This document shows, one piece after another, positions 14,329 to 26,905 of a stretch of DNA of 64,000 nucleotides. The stretch comes from Eledone cirrhosa (taxonomy: Eukaryota): NCBI GenBank assembly GCA_964016885.1, contig OZ024765.1, positions 9,176,001-9,240,000 on the forward strand, read 5' to 3'. Position 1 is the stretch's first letter. Every line of letters starts with the position of its first letter. Under the pieces are notes generated by a model. It saw only the letters and a program-made list of their open reading frames with translations. It had not been told where the DNA came from and did no database searches. The position numbers and the translations under genes are program-made.

Positions 14329-15248
14329 ATACTCTCATGGAATGACCAAATGAGGTTTATTTTTCAACATGCAAGATTTCACAGCCCTAGCATCACTCCT
14401 TCCTAGCGAGCCTATGAACTTTTAAGCCTACGAACGTATATGTAAAGCCTACCTTCGTATATGTAAACAATGTATTTATTTAATATACAAATAATTACTA
14501 TTGTTACAGTTAAAAAATACTTTAAATTCAGTTTTTAATTCATGCAACAATAGTGTAAATAACTGTTAAAGAAATTCGAAATAATTTTTAAACCATTTTC
14601 GCGATTAAGTAAAGACAGAGTTATCGTTCTTGAGATTTCGGCTCAGAGAAATTTGAGGAACTGATGTCGCTAAATCGCCAAATCATTTACCTGCCCCGTT
14701 GCACCATGGGAGGGTAATGGCTGCCTTTTTTTCTTTTCATACCACGGAAAACTTTTTAGTTTCTTTCTCGCCAAAATGTTTTAATTATTTACTTATATGA
14801 AACAAGGAAGATGCTGCGAAAGAAACTATAGAATCTGCCATCGTTTAAAAAATAAAAGGCAGCCATTACCCTCCCATGATGCAACGGGGCAGGTAAATGA
14901 TTTGGCGATTTAGCGACATCAGTTCCTCGAATTTCTCTGAGCCGAAATCTCAAGAACGATAACTCCGTCTTTACTTAATCGCAAAAATGGGTTCAAAAAT
15001 TATTTCGAATTTCTTTAACAGTTTATTTACACAATTGTTGCATGAATTAAAAACTGAATTTAAAGTATTTTTTGTACATTTTTTTTAACTGTAACAATAG
15101 TAATTATTTGTATATTAAAGAAATACATTGTTTACATATACGAAGGTAGGCTTAAAAGTTCATAGGCTCACTATGAAGGAGTGATGCTAGGGCTGTGAAA
15201 TCTTGCATGTTGAAAAATAAACCTCATTTGGTCATTCCATGAGAGTAT
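14329..15248. repeat. Large palindrome with ~400-bp arms (14329-14730 and 14854-15248) and ~120-bp spacer; includes mariner-like MITE pieces
   Basis: The arms are reverse complements with only scattered differences. Mariner-like TA|CGAGGGTAGGCT occurs at 14308 and TA|CGAAGGTAGGCT at ~15139. Confidence 0.9.
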
Positions 15249-16444
15249 GTATATATATATGTATGTATATATATATATATATATATATGTACATATATAT
15301 ATTTACATATATATATATATATATTTACATATATATATATTTATATATTGATATATATTTATATATATATTGATATATATATAAGTTGAAAAAAAATGAA
15401 AACAATGCTACTGTACGTCTGTATACATATATGTATGTACGTATACATACATACTTACATTTAAGATATATATATATATTTATATATATATATATTTATA
15501 TATATATATATTTACATATATATATATTTACATATATATATATATATTTACATATATATATATTTACATATATATATATATATGTACATATATATGTATA
15601 TATATATGTGTATATATATATATATATATATAAATATATATATATGTACATATATATGTATATATATATATGTATATATATATATATGAATATATATAAA
15701 TATATATATGTATATATATATATATGTATATATATAAATATATATATATATACGTACATATATATATATATGTACATATATATATATGTACATATATATA
15801 TATATATGTACATATATATATATGTACATATGTACATATATATATATATATGAACATATATATATATATATATGTACATATATATATATATGTACATATA
15901 TATATATATGTACATATATATATATATATGTGTGTACATATATATATATATATTTACATAAATATATATATATTTACATAAATGTATATATATTTACATA
16001 AATATATATATATGTACATATATATATTTATATATATATATATATATATTTACATATATATATATATATGTACATATATATATATATGTACATATATATA
16101 TATATATGTACATATATATATATATATGTACATATATATATATACATATATATATATACATGTACATATATATATATATATATATATGTACATATATATA
16201 TATATGTACATATATATATATATATGTACATATATATATATATGTACATATATATATATATATATGTACTTATATATATATGTACTTATATATATATGTA
16301 CTTATATATATATGTACATATATATATATGTACATATATATATATATGTACTTATATATATATGTACATATATATATATATATATATATTTATTATTATA
16401 TATATATATGTACTTATTATATATATAATATATATATATGTACT

Positions 16445-16482
<38 letters not shown>

Positions 16483-16636
16483 TATGTATAATATATATAT
16501 ATATATGTACTTATTATATATATATATGTATGTGTACTAATTATATATATATATATATAATATATATATGTACTTATATATATATATATAATATATATAT
16601 ATATGTACTTATATATATATATATAATATATATATA

Positions 16637-16671
<35 letters not shown>

Positions 16672-17636
16672 TTATATATATATATATATATATATATGTA
16701 CTTATTATATATATATATGTACTTATATATATATATATATATGTACTTATTATATATATATATATCTATATATATATATATATATATATATACTTATTAT
16801 ATATATATATATATACTTATTATATATATATATATATACTTATTATATATATATATATACTTATTATATATATATATATATACTTATTATATATATATAT
16901 ATGTACTTATTATATATATATATATATATATACTTATATATATATATATATATATATACTTATATATATATATATATACTTATATATATATATATATACT
17001 TATATATATATATATATATATACTTATATATATATATATATATATACTTATATATATATATATATATATACTTATATATATATATATATATATACTTATA
17101 TATATATATATATATATACTTATATATATATATAGATATATATATATACTTATATATATATATAGATATATATATATATATATAGATATAGATATATATA
17201 TATATATAGATATATATATATATATATAGATATATATATATATATATAGATATATATATAGATATATATATATATACAGATATATATATATATATATATA
17301 GATATATATATATAGATATATATATATAGATATATATATATAGATATATATATATATATATATATATATAGATATAGATATATAGATATATATATATAGA
17401 TATATAGATATATATATATAGATATATATATATATACTTATATAGATATATATATATATATAGATATATATATATACTTATATAGATATATATATATATA
17501 TAGATATATATATATACTTATATAGATATATATATATACTTATATAGATATATATATATATACTTATATAGATATATATATATATACTTATATAGATATA
17601 TATATATATATATGTACTTATTATATATATATATAT
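15249..17636. repeat. Compound AT-rich microsatellite (TACATATA.., TACTTATA.., TAGATATA.. variants)
   Basis: About 2.4 kb of low complexity with progressively changing motifs. Confidence 0.95.
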
Positions 17637-19282
17637 TTCTGTAGAAAAGATACATCCATATTAAATTCTCCTTTTTGGTGAACGATTTCGAACGACTCTG
17701 TTGAGGTCGCCTGTCTTCGGGAAACCTTTGGTAAATGGAATATTTGCATTGTATTGTTTATTACATAATTATATATATATATATAAGACCCGTCCCACCC
17801 TTGCAAGCAGGGAAAAGCGGACGTAAAATGATGATGATGATGATGATTTATATATATATATAGAGATAGACATATATACATGTACATGATTTATATATAT
17901 ACATGTATATATATATATATATATACATGCTTTACTTGTATTAACGCTAGCACCAACAGTTTTGCAAGAGATGTCAACATGAATGGACCTGTTATTTTTA
18001 TCTAAAGTCATTTTTTCCAATTTCAACCCGCCCGTCCCCGCAATCTATTTTATTTCTCCTTCTTCCTTCTGAGGAAAGACAAGCGCCCGAAACGTTAAGA
18101 CTCTCTTCCTGCTATATCAAGCGTTAATCTAATATATCCCATCCATATACTGTACCGATTGTGTTGTTATTTCTGTTTACCTTTCACGCACGCACGTACG
18201 TATTTATAAATACATACAGGCATGTATTTATAAATTTGTACTTATATTTATTCACGAACATATAAGCACATATCCAGGAATTACCGGAGACAAGACTCTG
18301 TATTAAATTGACACCAGTATGTAACTGGTACTTTATTTTATATGCTCTCAAAACATAAAATTCAAAATTAATGTCCGTAGTATCTGCTCTGAAAACACAA
18401 ATGTGGTCTAATGTTATTTAAAAATAAAAAATAAATAATAAAAATTGACGTTTCAATACTTTATTTTGATATACAAATCTCTATGTATGTCGGTGGCTTA
18501 GTGGTTAAGTATGTGATGTAGTTTTGGTATTATGTAGCGTAAGGTTTTGTCAGGAGTTCAATCTTTCACTGGGATGATATAGAATTGCTTTTAATTATTT
18601 TTTAATGGAGGAAACACTACATATACATAGCGCCATTACTTCAACTCATATCATTGTAGTTTCAAATCTTACATATGTACACATATCTATCTATGTAGGA
18701 ATCAGGTTTGACAATTTACCGACACATCACACTTGGTTGGAATCTATCACACACAGACAAACACACATGGGAATGAGGTATGAAAGATTTGAAATTATTG
18801 AGTACTACTACAGACGGAGTCAATGGAAGTTCAAATCAACCCTAGAGCGATAATAAACAAAATCAAGATTTACTTTATAGAAGCCCCAGAGGGATGAAAG
18901 ACAAGGTCGGCCCTTTCTAGTACCAATAATACTGTGAAAGTCTTGAACGCCACCTAGGATCAAATCTAACACACACACACACAGGACCCGTTGGAAGGAG
19001 TGTTTGAGGGCTCTGTCTCCACAACCCTCACCCGAAGAAAAATGTATGACCATTGAATAACGACACTGCAGATCATCTGGATATAAGATCAAATAAACCC
19101 TAGAGAAATGAGAAACCAAATCAAAATATATTTCGTGAAAGTCCCAGACGGATAAAAATTAATGTCGACCCCTTTTTGTGGTATTAATAATATTGAGAAA
19201 GCCATGAACGCCACTACATCAATTAAGCTTCGCAATAGAAAGTAGGTTTATAAATATTAATTTTCAATCTGTTTGTGTAGTT

Positions 19283-19365
19283 GTCTCGGTGGCTTAATGG
19301 TAAGTGTTAGAGACGGTGGTGATCCTAGTCAGGTGTTCAATCTCGACCAGAATCCGCTATTTTTT
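19283..19365 (+). ncRNA. tRNA-like Pol III unit, diverged copy outside the array
   Basis: AAAGTAGGTTTATAAATATTAATTTTC upstream, with TATAAA 34 nt before the G. A box TGGCTTAATGG, B-like GTGTTCAATCTC, T6 at 19360. Confidence 0.55.
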
Positions 19366-19383
19366 CATTTTTCTTAAGAAATG

Positions 19384-19475
19384 AAAAAAAAAAATATTTT
19401 GTAGTGCCTGGGCAAGATTGAACTCGAGACCAAGATCTTCGTCATCTCTCACACTTACCAATAGGCCACCGAGAA
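19384..19475 (-). ncRNA. tRNA-like Pol III unit, convergent partner of the 19283 copy
   Basis: On the reverse strand: the same upstream TATA block (19493-19520), TGGCCTATTGG, GAGTTCAATCTT, and T11. Confidence 0.55.
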
Positions 19476-19734
19476 GGATACAAAAACTAGGTGAAAATTA
19501 ATATTTATAAACCTACTTTCTATTTCCAAGCTTAATTGACGTGGTGGTGTTCATGCCTTTCTTAGTCGAATTAATACTATAAAGGGTTGACGTTGATTGT
19601 TATACTTTGATAAAATAAATCTTGATTTGATATCTCATTTAGCCAGGGTTGATTTGATCCCACAACCAGATGATCTCCATTAACGACCCTCATTGGTCAT
19701 ACCTGATTACTAAATATATACATGTGTGTGTGTG

Positions 19735-19962
19735 TGTGTGTGTTAGATTTGATCCTACAGTGATGTATTGGCAATAATGCCTCTTCAGTTCTGTCATCCC
19801 TCAATCTATATATATATGTGAGTGTGTGTTAGATTTGATCTTACAGTGATGTGTTGGCAATAATGCCTCTTCAGTTCTGTCATCCCTCAATCTATATATA
19901 TATGTGAGTGTGTGTTAGATTTGATCTTACAGTGATGTGTTGGCAATAATGCCTCTTCAGTT
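19735..19962 (+). repeat. 86-bp tandem repeat, about 2.6 copies
   Basis: TTAGATTTGATC..CAGTGATGT.TTGGCAATAATGCCTCTTCAGTT begins at 19743, 19829 and 19915. Confidence 0.85.
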
Positions 19963-21104
19963 TGAACGTACAAGGACGCTATATATTTTTTTTATGTTGT
20001 TTTTAGTTAATAAAAGTAATTTTACAATCCCAGCTAAAGATTGAAACCCTAACTACATATAACAACAACCACGACATAACAGTCTCCTGTTAAAAATAAT
20101 CCCCTGCAATTTTTTATTTCAATGCTTCATAAGGGAGAAAAAGGTCTCTGAGAATGTTGATAAGGTTTGACTCGGCTTTCCATTTACCACAGTATATAAA
20201 TGGTAGTGTGTTCCTTAACACCAAACACGATGTTCACAGTTGTCGAGTACTTGCCTCTCATAGTCAGTTCATTGCCAGTTGGACTCCGGCAGCGATGAAG
20301 GAAGGTCGTGTCATTTTTCCTCTCTCGCAAATCATATATATTTTTATTCATTAGATAACAATATACAAGAGAAAGAATTAACGTGAGAAAGTAAATATTT
20401 GAAAAGAAATATTTTATTACATTAAAATACAATCAAGAATTAACGATAGAAAATTGGTGTAGAAACGTCAGAGTTTGTAACACTAAACGTGGAATGGACG
20501 AAGTAACAAAACAGACGAATTTGAGACAAGCTGGTGATTATAATAAGGACAATTTATTGCATCTTCAACGCCAGTACTGTCTGCTGAAAACTGAAATGAA
20601 AAATTCATTGAAAAGAAACACTTACAAAGACAAGTAGCAGTATTTATCGGAATATGTCTCACCATATTTTGAAAAACAAATGTTTGGATAAGAGTTAATG
20701 TGCAGGTATACTTATACATGGCTTTTGTAAACATACATATATTTATCATATTGGTATGTTGAGTGTTTAAGATACAAGCAGGTTTCCACATCGATATTTT
20801 GAGGTTACAATGCCCCTATTATTCACTCCACCCAACAAAAAACGGAAATGTGTAAATCTTTAATTTTAAAGTGGATAAGAATGTTAAAGACGAACACAGC
20901 AAGTTGGACGATAGATATAATAAAACCTTCCTTTATTTAGAGAAACGTGTTATAACTAGATAAATAGGTGAAACACCACCGAAAGGAATCAGAAATTATT
21001 GAAGGAAACTAAAGAACAAAAAATAAAATACCAGAAATATTAAATGTTTTCTTAACTTGTGTAAAGTCAGGTAAACTTTAAACTCTAGATAAATGAAATG
21101 AGAG

Positions 21105-21470
21105 ATACCACTTAAAATATTGTTTTGGGGGCCTTGTCTCACGACTTCCGAAAGAACAGAAGATATTGAAGGAATCCAGACAAGAAAAAATATAAAAGAC
21201 CTGAATAATTAAGAAATCCCAACACTAGAGGAGTGAAACCTAAGGGAAGCCATGAAATATTACATTATTCCAGATAAATGTAAAGCCTTGAAAATATAAA
21301 TACTAGTACACTACTCTGTAGGAAATACAATTATGTAGGAAATACAATTATGGAGGAAATAAGTCAAACTGAAGATATATATATATTTAAAATAATGAAA
21401 GCACTTGAAAGTACAGTATTCCAGAAGGAAACATAACCGTGAGGAGGGATCACCATTTTACTGCGTATAA
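21105..21470 (+). mobile_element. Decayed CR1-like LINE 3' fragment (older paralogue of the in-array copy)
   Basis: CACTTAAAATATTGTTTTGGGG..GATATTGAAGGAATCCAGACAAGA parallels 23540-23760. Confidence 0.55.
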
Positions 21471-23539
21471 AAATACTCTGAAGACACTAGAAAATATTTT
21501 TTCTGAAACGTTTATCAATACATAGAAGAATTCTTCAAGATATGTCCACGAAAGAAATATTTAAAAAGATGGACTTGAAAATATAAATGACAATACAGTA
21601 TTACAGAAGAAAATGTAAATATGAGAGGAGGAACACGCCATTATACTGCTTATAAGAGATAATTGTTTCTACTTTTGGCACAAGACCAGCAATTACCCCA
21701 GTGCATTACTGGTATTTTAGTTTATCGACCCCGTAAGGATGAAAGGCAAAGTTAACCTCGGCTTAAAGACATCAGATAATGTCAACAAAATCGTAATGTA
21801 CAACATCGACAATATCTAAGCAGAATATGCATTATTAAAACATTTATGAGAAATCAAATCGGAGTTCAATAAATTCAAGTTATGAAATTTTAATTACATC
21901 ATGAAAATATTGAAGTTCAGACATTAAATTGTGACAATGATTGGCTTTACCTTCGAGTGACTTTTTTCAAATTTCACCGCAGTCGCCATTAACAGACAAT
22001 ACTAAGAAAAAACAAACAAAACACATACGCCGCAGTTAATGCAGTAAAAATATACAAAAATAAAACTACTGAATAATACTCATTTCGTAAATTTATTTTT
22101 TTTTCTTCCTTTTTTCATTGCAAAAATATTTAAAGACTTGTTGAATAAAAAAAAAAAAAGCCTTTTCCATTATCAAAATATATTTCTGGTTAATCTCTCT
22201 CTGTAAAGCCGCGTAGTTTAAAAGTTATGGTATTCGGTTCATAATCGTGTTATCTTGAGCAAGACACTTCATTTCCCATCGTTCAATCAAAGCTGGCATA
22301 AACGTGTAAGTAGCAGAGTCGGCCATTTGTCACTCTGTTTCAAACTGAATCTCCCTGAAAACTACGGTAAGGGTAAACATTTCTGTAGAATGCTTAATCA
22401 CTTTCACGAACAGGCTGTTCTGTTGATCGAGTCAACTGGAACACTCACCGTCGTAACTGACGGAATACCATATATATATATATATATATATTCAGGCAAA
22501 AGTGCAGAAATTTAAGTGAAGCCAATCGATTTAATCGATCCCATTATTTGACTGGTATTGTTTTATCTGCTCCAAAAATAAAAATTGAAAATTAATCTCG
22601 CCAGGATTTACATCGAGAATACAAAGAGGTAAGATTAGAAATAATAAATATAAGTTTTAATACTTCATAGTTGAGATTGTAAGGTGGTGTCAGGAGTTCA
22701 ATCTTTAGTAAGGAATATAGAGTTGACTTTAATTATTTTAATAAAGAAACATATACATAGTTCCATCGAGTTGATGTTACATGACATTACTGTAAAGCAC
22801 ATCATTATAGGTTCAAATATTGTACACTTACATATAGTATTTATCTATATAGGGATCAGGTTTGACAAATAAGTACGTCGCACTAGGCTGGAATCGTTAA
22901 CATACAGACACACACACACAGGTATGACAGATTAGAGGTTAACGAGCAGTATTGTCAACGGTGTTAATGTAGGTTCAAATCAACTCTAGAGCGATGATAA
23001 ACAAAATCCAGATTTACTTTAATAAAACCGCAGAGTGAGGAAAGACAAGGTCGACCGTTTCTAGTAGCAATAACATTGGGAGGAATGAAGCTCTGAGAAT
23101 GTTGAAGGGGACAGAGGAGTGCATCCTGGTTTGGTACGTATTCTCAGTTAACGCGGTATATAAATAGCAGTCTCTTGTGATGTTCACCGTTGCCATGTAG
23201 TTACCACTCCTGCTAAACACTGACAGCCTCCTACAACGTCGAAAGGAAAGAAGATCGTAGTTTTTCTCTCCTATCACATACACTTTTATATCTATTAGAA
23301 AGAAGCGAAATGAAAATGTCAGTATTTAAAAAGTCCCATCTATTTCATTAGAGCTAATGTTGTATTAACGTTTGGAAATGTTGTAGAAACGTCAGAGTTT
23401 GTGACAGGATACGTCGAATGGAGGAAACAACGATACGAATCATTTGGAGACAAACTGATTTATTTCAGAAGAAGGACAATTAACATTTTCAACGGTATAA
23501 TACAATATACTGAATGATAGTTGAATGATATGTGTGATA

Positions 23540-23930
23540 CCACCTAGAATATTATTTTGGGGCATGGTCACAGGACTTCAGAAAATACGGAGAAGCTATT
23601 GAAGGAATCCAGAGAAGAACAAAACAGAAAACACCAGAATTATTAAGAAATCTGTCTTCTGAAGAAAGATGTTAAACTTTAGGGATTGCAAATTTAGAGG
23701 AGATACATCTAAGAGGGTGGGGGGACATGATAGAAATATATATTTAAAGGACTAATATTTAAATAGTAGTACATTATTCCAATGTAAAGCCCTGAATAAC
23801 TACAGCTTTCGGGGAGATATATCAAACGAGTGACATGATAGAAATATTTAAAATAATGAAAAGACTACAATATACAGTATTGCAGAAGTAAATGAAAATA
23901 TAAGAAGACATCACCATTGAACTGCAGATG
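23540..23930 (+). mobile_element. Decayed CR1-like LINE RT C-terminal remnant, present in every array unit
   Basis: Conceptual translation HLEYYFGAWS..EAIEGIQRRTK..LRNLSSEERC*TLG..LE..DMIE resembles the CR1 pattern PHLEYC...W..LERVQRRATK..L..LSYEERL..LGL..LE.RRLRGDLIE. Confidence 0.7.
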
Positions 23931-26205
23931 AAAGTCAGTACTCTTTACGTTTATCCCAGGTATATAGAAAGCTATCCTGATGTCCACTGATTGAAATATA
24001 AAACAATAAAGAAACACCACAATCCAGTAAACCTTAGTAATAATCCAATTAAGCCGCCATTTACAGTAGAAAATAGTAAGAAAAACAAAGTCACACTCAG
24101 AAGTTAATGCAGTGAAAACAATAAAAATATTATTAATAAATAATAATAATTTCATTTCATATTATCATTAAATTGTTTGTCTATTTTTATTGTAAACATA
24201 AAATATACAAATATATATATATATATTATTATTATTATATATATAGATTCATACATATACATCGATACATTCTGTGAGTATGTCTTACTTAGGCAAAAGT
24301 CAAGTAATTTGCGGGGAGGAACCAATCCGTTAAATTGATCCCAGTACATGACTGGTACTATAAGTTATCTGCTCCAAAATCATAAAATTATGGATTAATC
24401 TAAACACTGAGAACATAAAGGTGGGGTAAAATTATTTAAAAATTGAGGTTTTAATATTTTATCTTGGTGTCATATTTAAGGATATAATGTAGTTATTGGT
24501 GGAAATAATATAATATGTGATGAAGAGGTGTATATAACTGTGGATATAGAATTGTTTTAATCATTATTTTTAACGGACGAAAAAACTACATAATGACTTC
24601 TAGTCGGAGTTACGGGAAATTACTGCAAAGACCCTCAATGAAGGTTCAAATATTACACATTATCTATATATAGGAATCAGGCTAAACAATTTACGGGAAC
24701 GTCGCTCTAAGTTGGAATATTTTTCACACACACAGACACGGGAGTTAGGTACGACATATTTCAAATAAGAGAACATTATTACAGACGGAGTCATTGTAGG
24801 TTCAAATCATTGTTAGACCGATCAGAAAGAAAATGGATATTTAATTCATGAATAAACCTGAAGTGTGAAAGACAGAGTCGACCCTTTCTAGTAACAACAC
24901 TAAGAAACCCATGAACGCCACCACGTCCTAAATCTAACTCTGCGATCGTCATATCAAATCGAAATACTTCAACTGTGGAAGATGAAGGATTGAAGAACTA
25001 TGATATATAGCTAAGAGGCTTGTCTCCAGAACATTTAGTAAGGTGTAAGCCAAGGGTTGCCAAATATTTTGGCGTCATTTCCCACATTCACATGAAAAAA
25101 TGTTCCACCAGCCACCTGTATAGTAAATATTTCAAAGTATACCAAATATGTTTCGTAAATGTTTGTTCCTGGTTTAATTTTCCCAATTAGCTTCCTGATT
25201 TTTATTCAGGTTCTTTGCATATATTCCTCGAATAGGTTTTCGGGTAGCATACCTTCTTAAATCTCAAAATTCTATATCGGCCACCAAAGTTTCCAATGGC
25301 CCTCAATTTTCTGTTCAGCTGCTCATCGCCCACCCAACAGTTGAAACCGCCCAGTTGAGGAACCCCTGTGGGTAAGCTACATATTAATCGAGAGGAGGAG
25401 GTGACTATTATAATTTTTATAAGTAATAATCTTTTAAAGACAAGAGGAAATTTCATCATTAAAATCATAAATATATGTCTACAGAATACAATACAGATTA
25501 TCAAAATGAAATTAAAAGCAAGTAAATCAGGGGCCACTAAACTTTACATATTTAGTTTTAATTCTATCGTGAAAAATGTTGATCTTCAGATATTAGATTA
25601 TGGCGGCTGTAATTGTCTTTGTGTTTACGTGTTTGTTTGAAATCCTATTTTAATGTTCGTCTCTCTTTAAACATCGTTTATAGTTTGTTAAAATTAATTT
25701 TAGATTATTCGTACCTCGTCTGTGTGGTTTATTTTGATGTAGCGTCCCTGACTTGTTTATTTTTGGTTACATTTTAAATGTGAAATACAGGAACATCAAA
25801 CATTAAAATGAAATGTTACGTAAAACACACACCTTGTGTTTATTCCAGGTATTTAGATAGATGTCCAGATGTCCACTGACAACAAAATAATACAATCATC
25901 CAGTGAAACTTGGTAATAATCCAGGTTCGTTGCAGTCACCATTCACAGTAAACAATGGTTAGAAAGAATCAAAAACAAAAACAAAAGACATATTCAGCAG
26001 TTAATGAAGTGAAAACAAAATAAAAACAACTTTACTGAATAAAATTCATTTCTTAATTTCAATAAGGTTTTTTGTTCTTTCTTTTATAAGAAAAAAAAAT
26101 GTTAATTAAAATATGTTGAATATAATATGGGACATTACTACAAAGTACAGCATTATTAGTTCAAATCTTACTTAATAAAAGAAACAAATACGCAGTTATT
26201 AGTAT

Positions 26206-26278
26206 AAAACCTAACGGAAATCGAACCCTAAATCAGGATCTCCACCGTCTCTAGTGCTTACCATTAGGCCACAGGGAC
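26206..26278 (-). ncRNA. tRNA-like Pol III unit a (array unit 1)
   Basis: Reverse strand GTCCCTGTGGCCTAATGGTAAGCACTAGAGACGGTGGAGATCCTGATTTAGGGTTCGATTTCCGTTAGGTTTT. The upstream block is altered (TAGGTAAGTAAATATTAATTTTC) next to the MITE. Confidence 0.5.
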
Positions 26279-26318
26279 GGTTACAAAAATTTTTTGAAAA
26301 TTAATATTTACTTACCTA

Positions 26319-26494
26319 TACTAGAAAAAACCGGAAGTGGAGAAAATTGAAAAACTTCTTCTTTTTCTTCCTCTGATTTTTGCCACGAACGATAACTCGT
26401 CTCTGACTTAAATCCAAATTTTGGATAAAAAACAAATCAGAGGAAGAAAAAGAAGATGTTTTTCAATTTTCTCCACTTCCGGTTTTTTCTAGTA
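26319..26494. mobile_element. Palindromic MITE with ~60-bp TIRs and TA ends, between units a and b in every repeat
   Basis: TACTAGAAAAAACCGGAAGTGGAGAAAATTGAAAAAC.TCTTCTTTTTCTTCCTCTGATTT and its reverse complement ending in CTAGTA. Confidence 0.85.
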
Positions 26495-26543
26495 ATGAAA
26501 AAGTAGGTTTATAAATATTAATTTTCAGTAAGTTTCTGTAACC

Positions 26544-26631
26544 GTCCCTTTAGCTTAGTGGTAAGTATAAGAGCCGGTGGAGGTCCAGGTCCGGGGTTCA
26601 ATCACTGGCAGTGTGTCGTATTATATTTTTT
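26544..26631 (+). ncRNA. tRNA-like Pol III unit b (array unit 1)
   Basis: TATA block at 26500-26526, A box TAGCTTAGTGG, B-like GGTTCAATCAC, T6 at 26626. Confidence 0.55.
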
Positions 26632-26696
26632 ATAGTATAAAACAAAAATAAAAAAGTAACTTTATAAATATTAATTTTCACACTGTTTTTATATCT

Positions 26697-26791
26697 GTCT
26701 CCGTGGCCTAATGGTAGGTATTAGAGACGGTGGAGAACCTGCTCTGAGTTTCGATCTCAGTCAAAGTCTATAGGTAATAATTTCATTTTTT
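26697..26791 (+). ncRNA. tRNA-like Pol III unit c (array unit 1)
   Basis: TTTATAAATATTAATTTTC upstream, A box TGGCCTAATGG, D-like arm GCCT/AGGT, T-like arm CTGAG-TTTCGAT-CTCAG, T6 at 26786. Confidence 0.55.
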
Positions 26792-26818
26792 ACTTTGCGA
26801 GAGAAAAATTTAAATTTT

Positions 26819-26905
26819 AAAATATATAGTACAGATTCGGACTGAGATTGAACACCACATCAGTGTCTACATAGTCTCTAACACCTACCATTAGGCCAAC
26901 GAAAC
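26819..26905 (-). ncRNA. tRNA-like Pol III unit d (array unit 1), convergent with unit c
   Basis: Reverse strand GAAAGTAGGTTTATAAATATAAATTTT..GTTTCGTTGGCCTAATGGTAGGTGTTAGAGAC..GTGTTCAATCTCAGTCCGAATC..TTTT. Confidence 0.55.

Noticed and set aside
24515-24560. C/D snoRNA (GTGATGA box C)
   Set aside because: There is no suitably placed CTGA with a terminal stem, and the segment aligns with the decayed block at ~18510.
25050-25550. hAT-like termini (AGGGTTGCCA, GAGGAACCCCTG, CAGGGGCCACTAAACTTT)
   Set aside because: These are suggestive fragments only. No matched TIR pair with an 8-bp TSD could be established.
26544-26631. Vault RNA identity (CTTTAGCTTAGTGG resembles the vault RNA A-box region)
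   Set aside because: The similarity is limited to the A box and no 5'-3' panhandle is seen. An Rfam search is needed to exclude it fully.
26206-26905. Canonical tRNA gene cluster
   Set aside because: Acceptor and anticodon stems do not pair and no consistent anticodon can be assigned.
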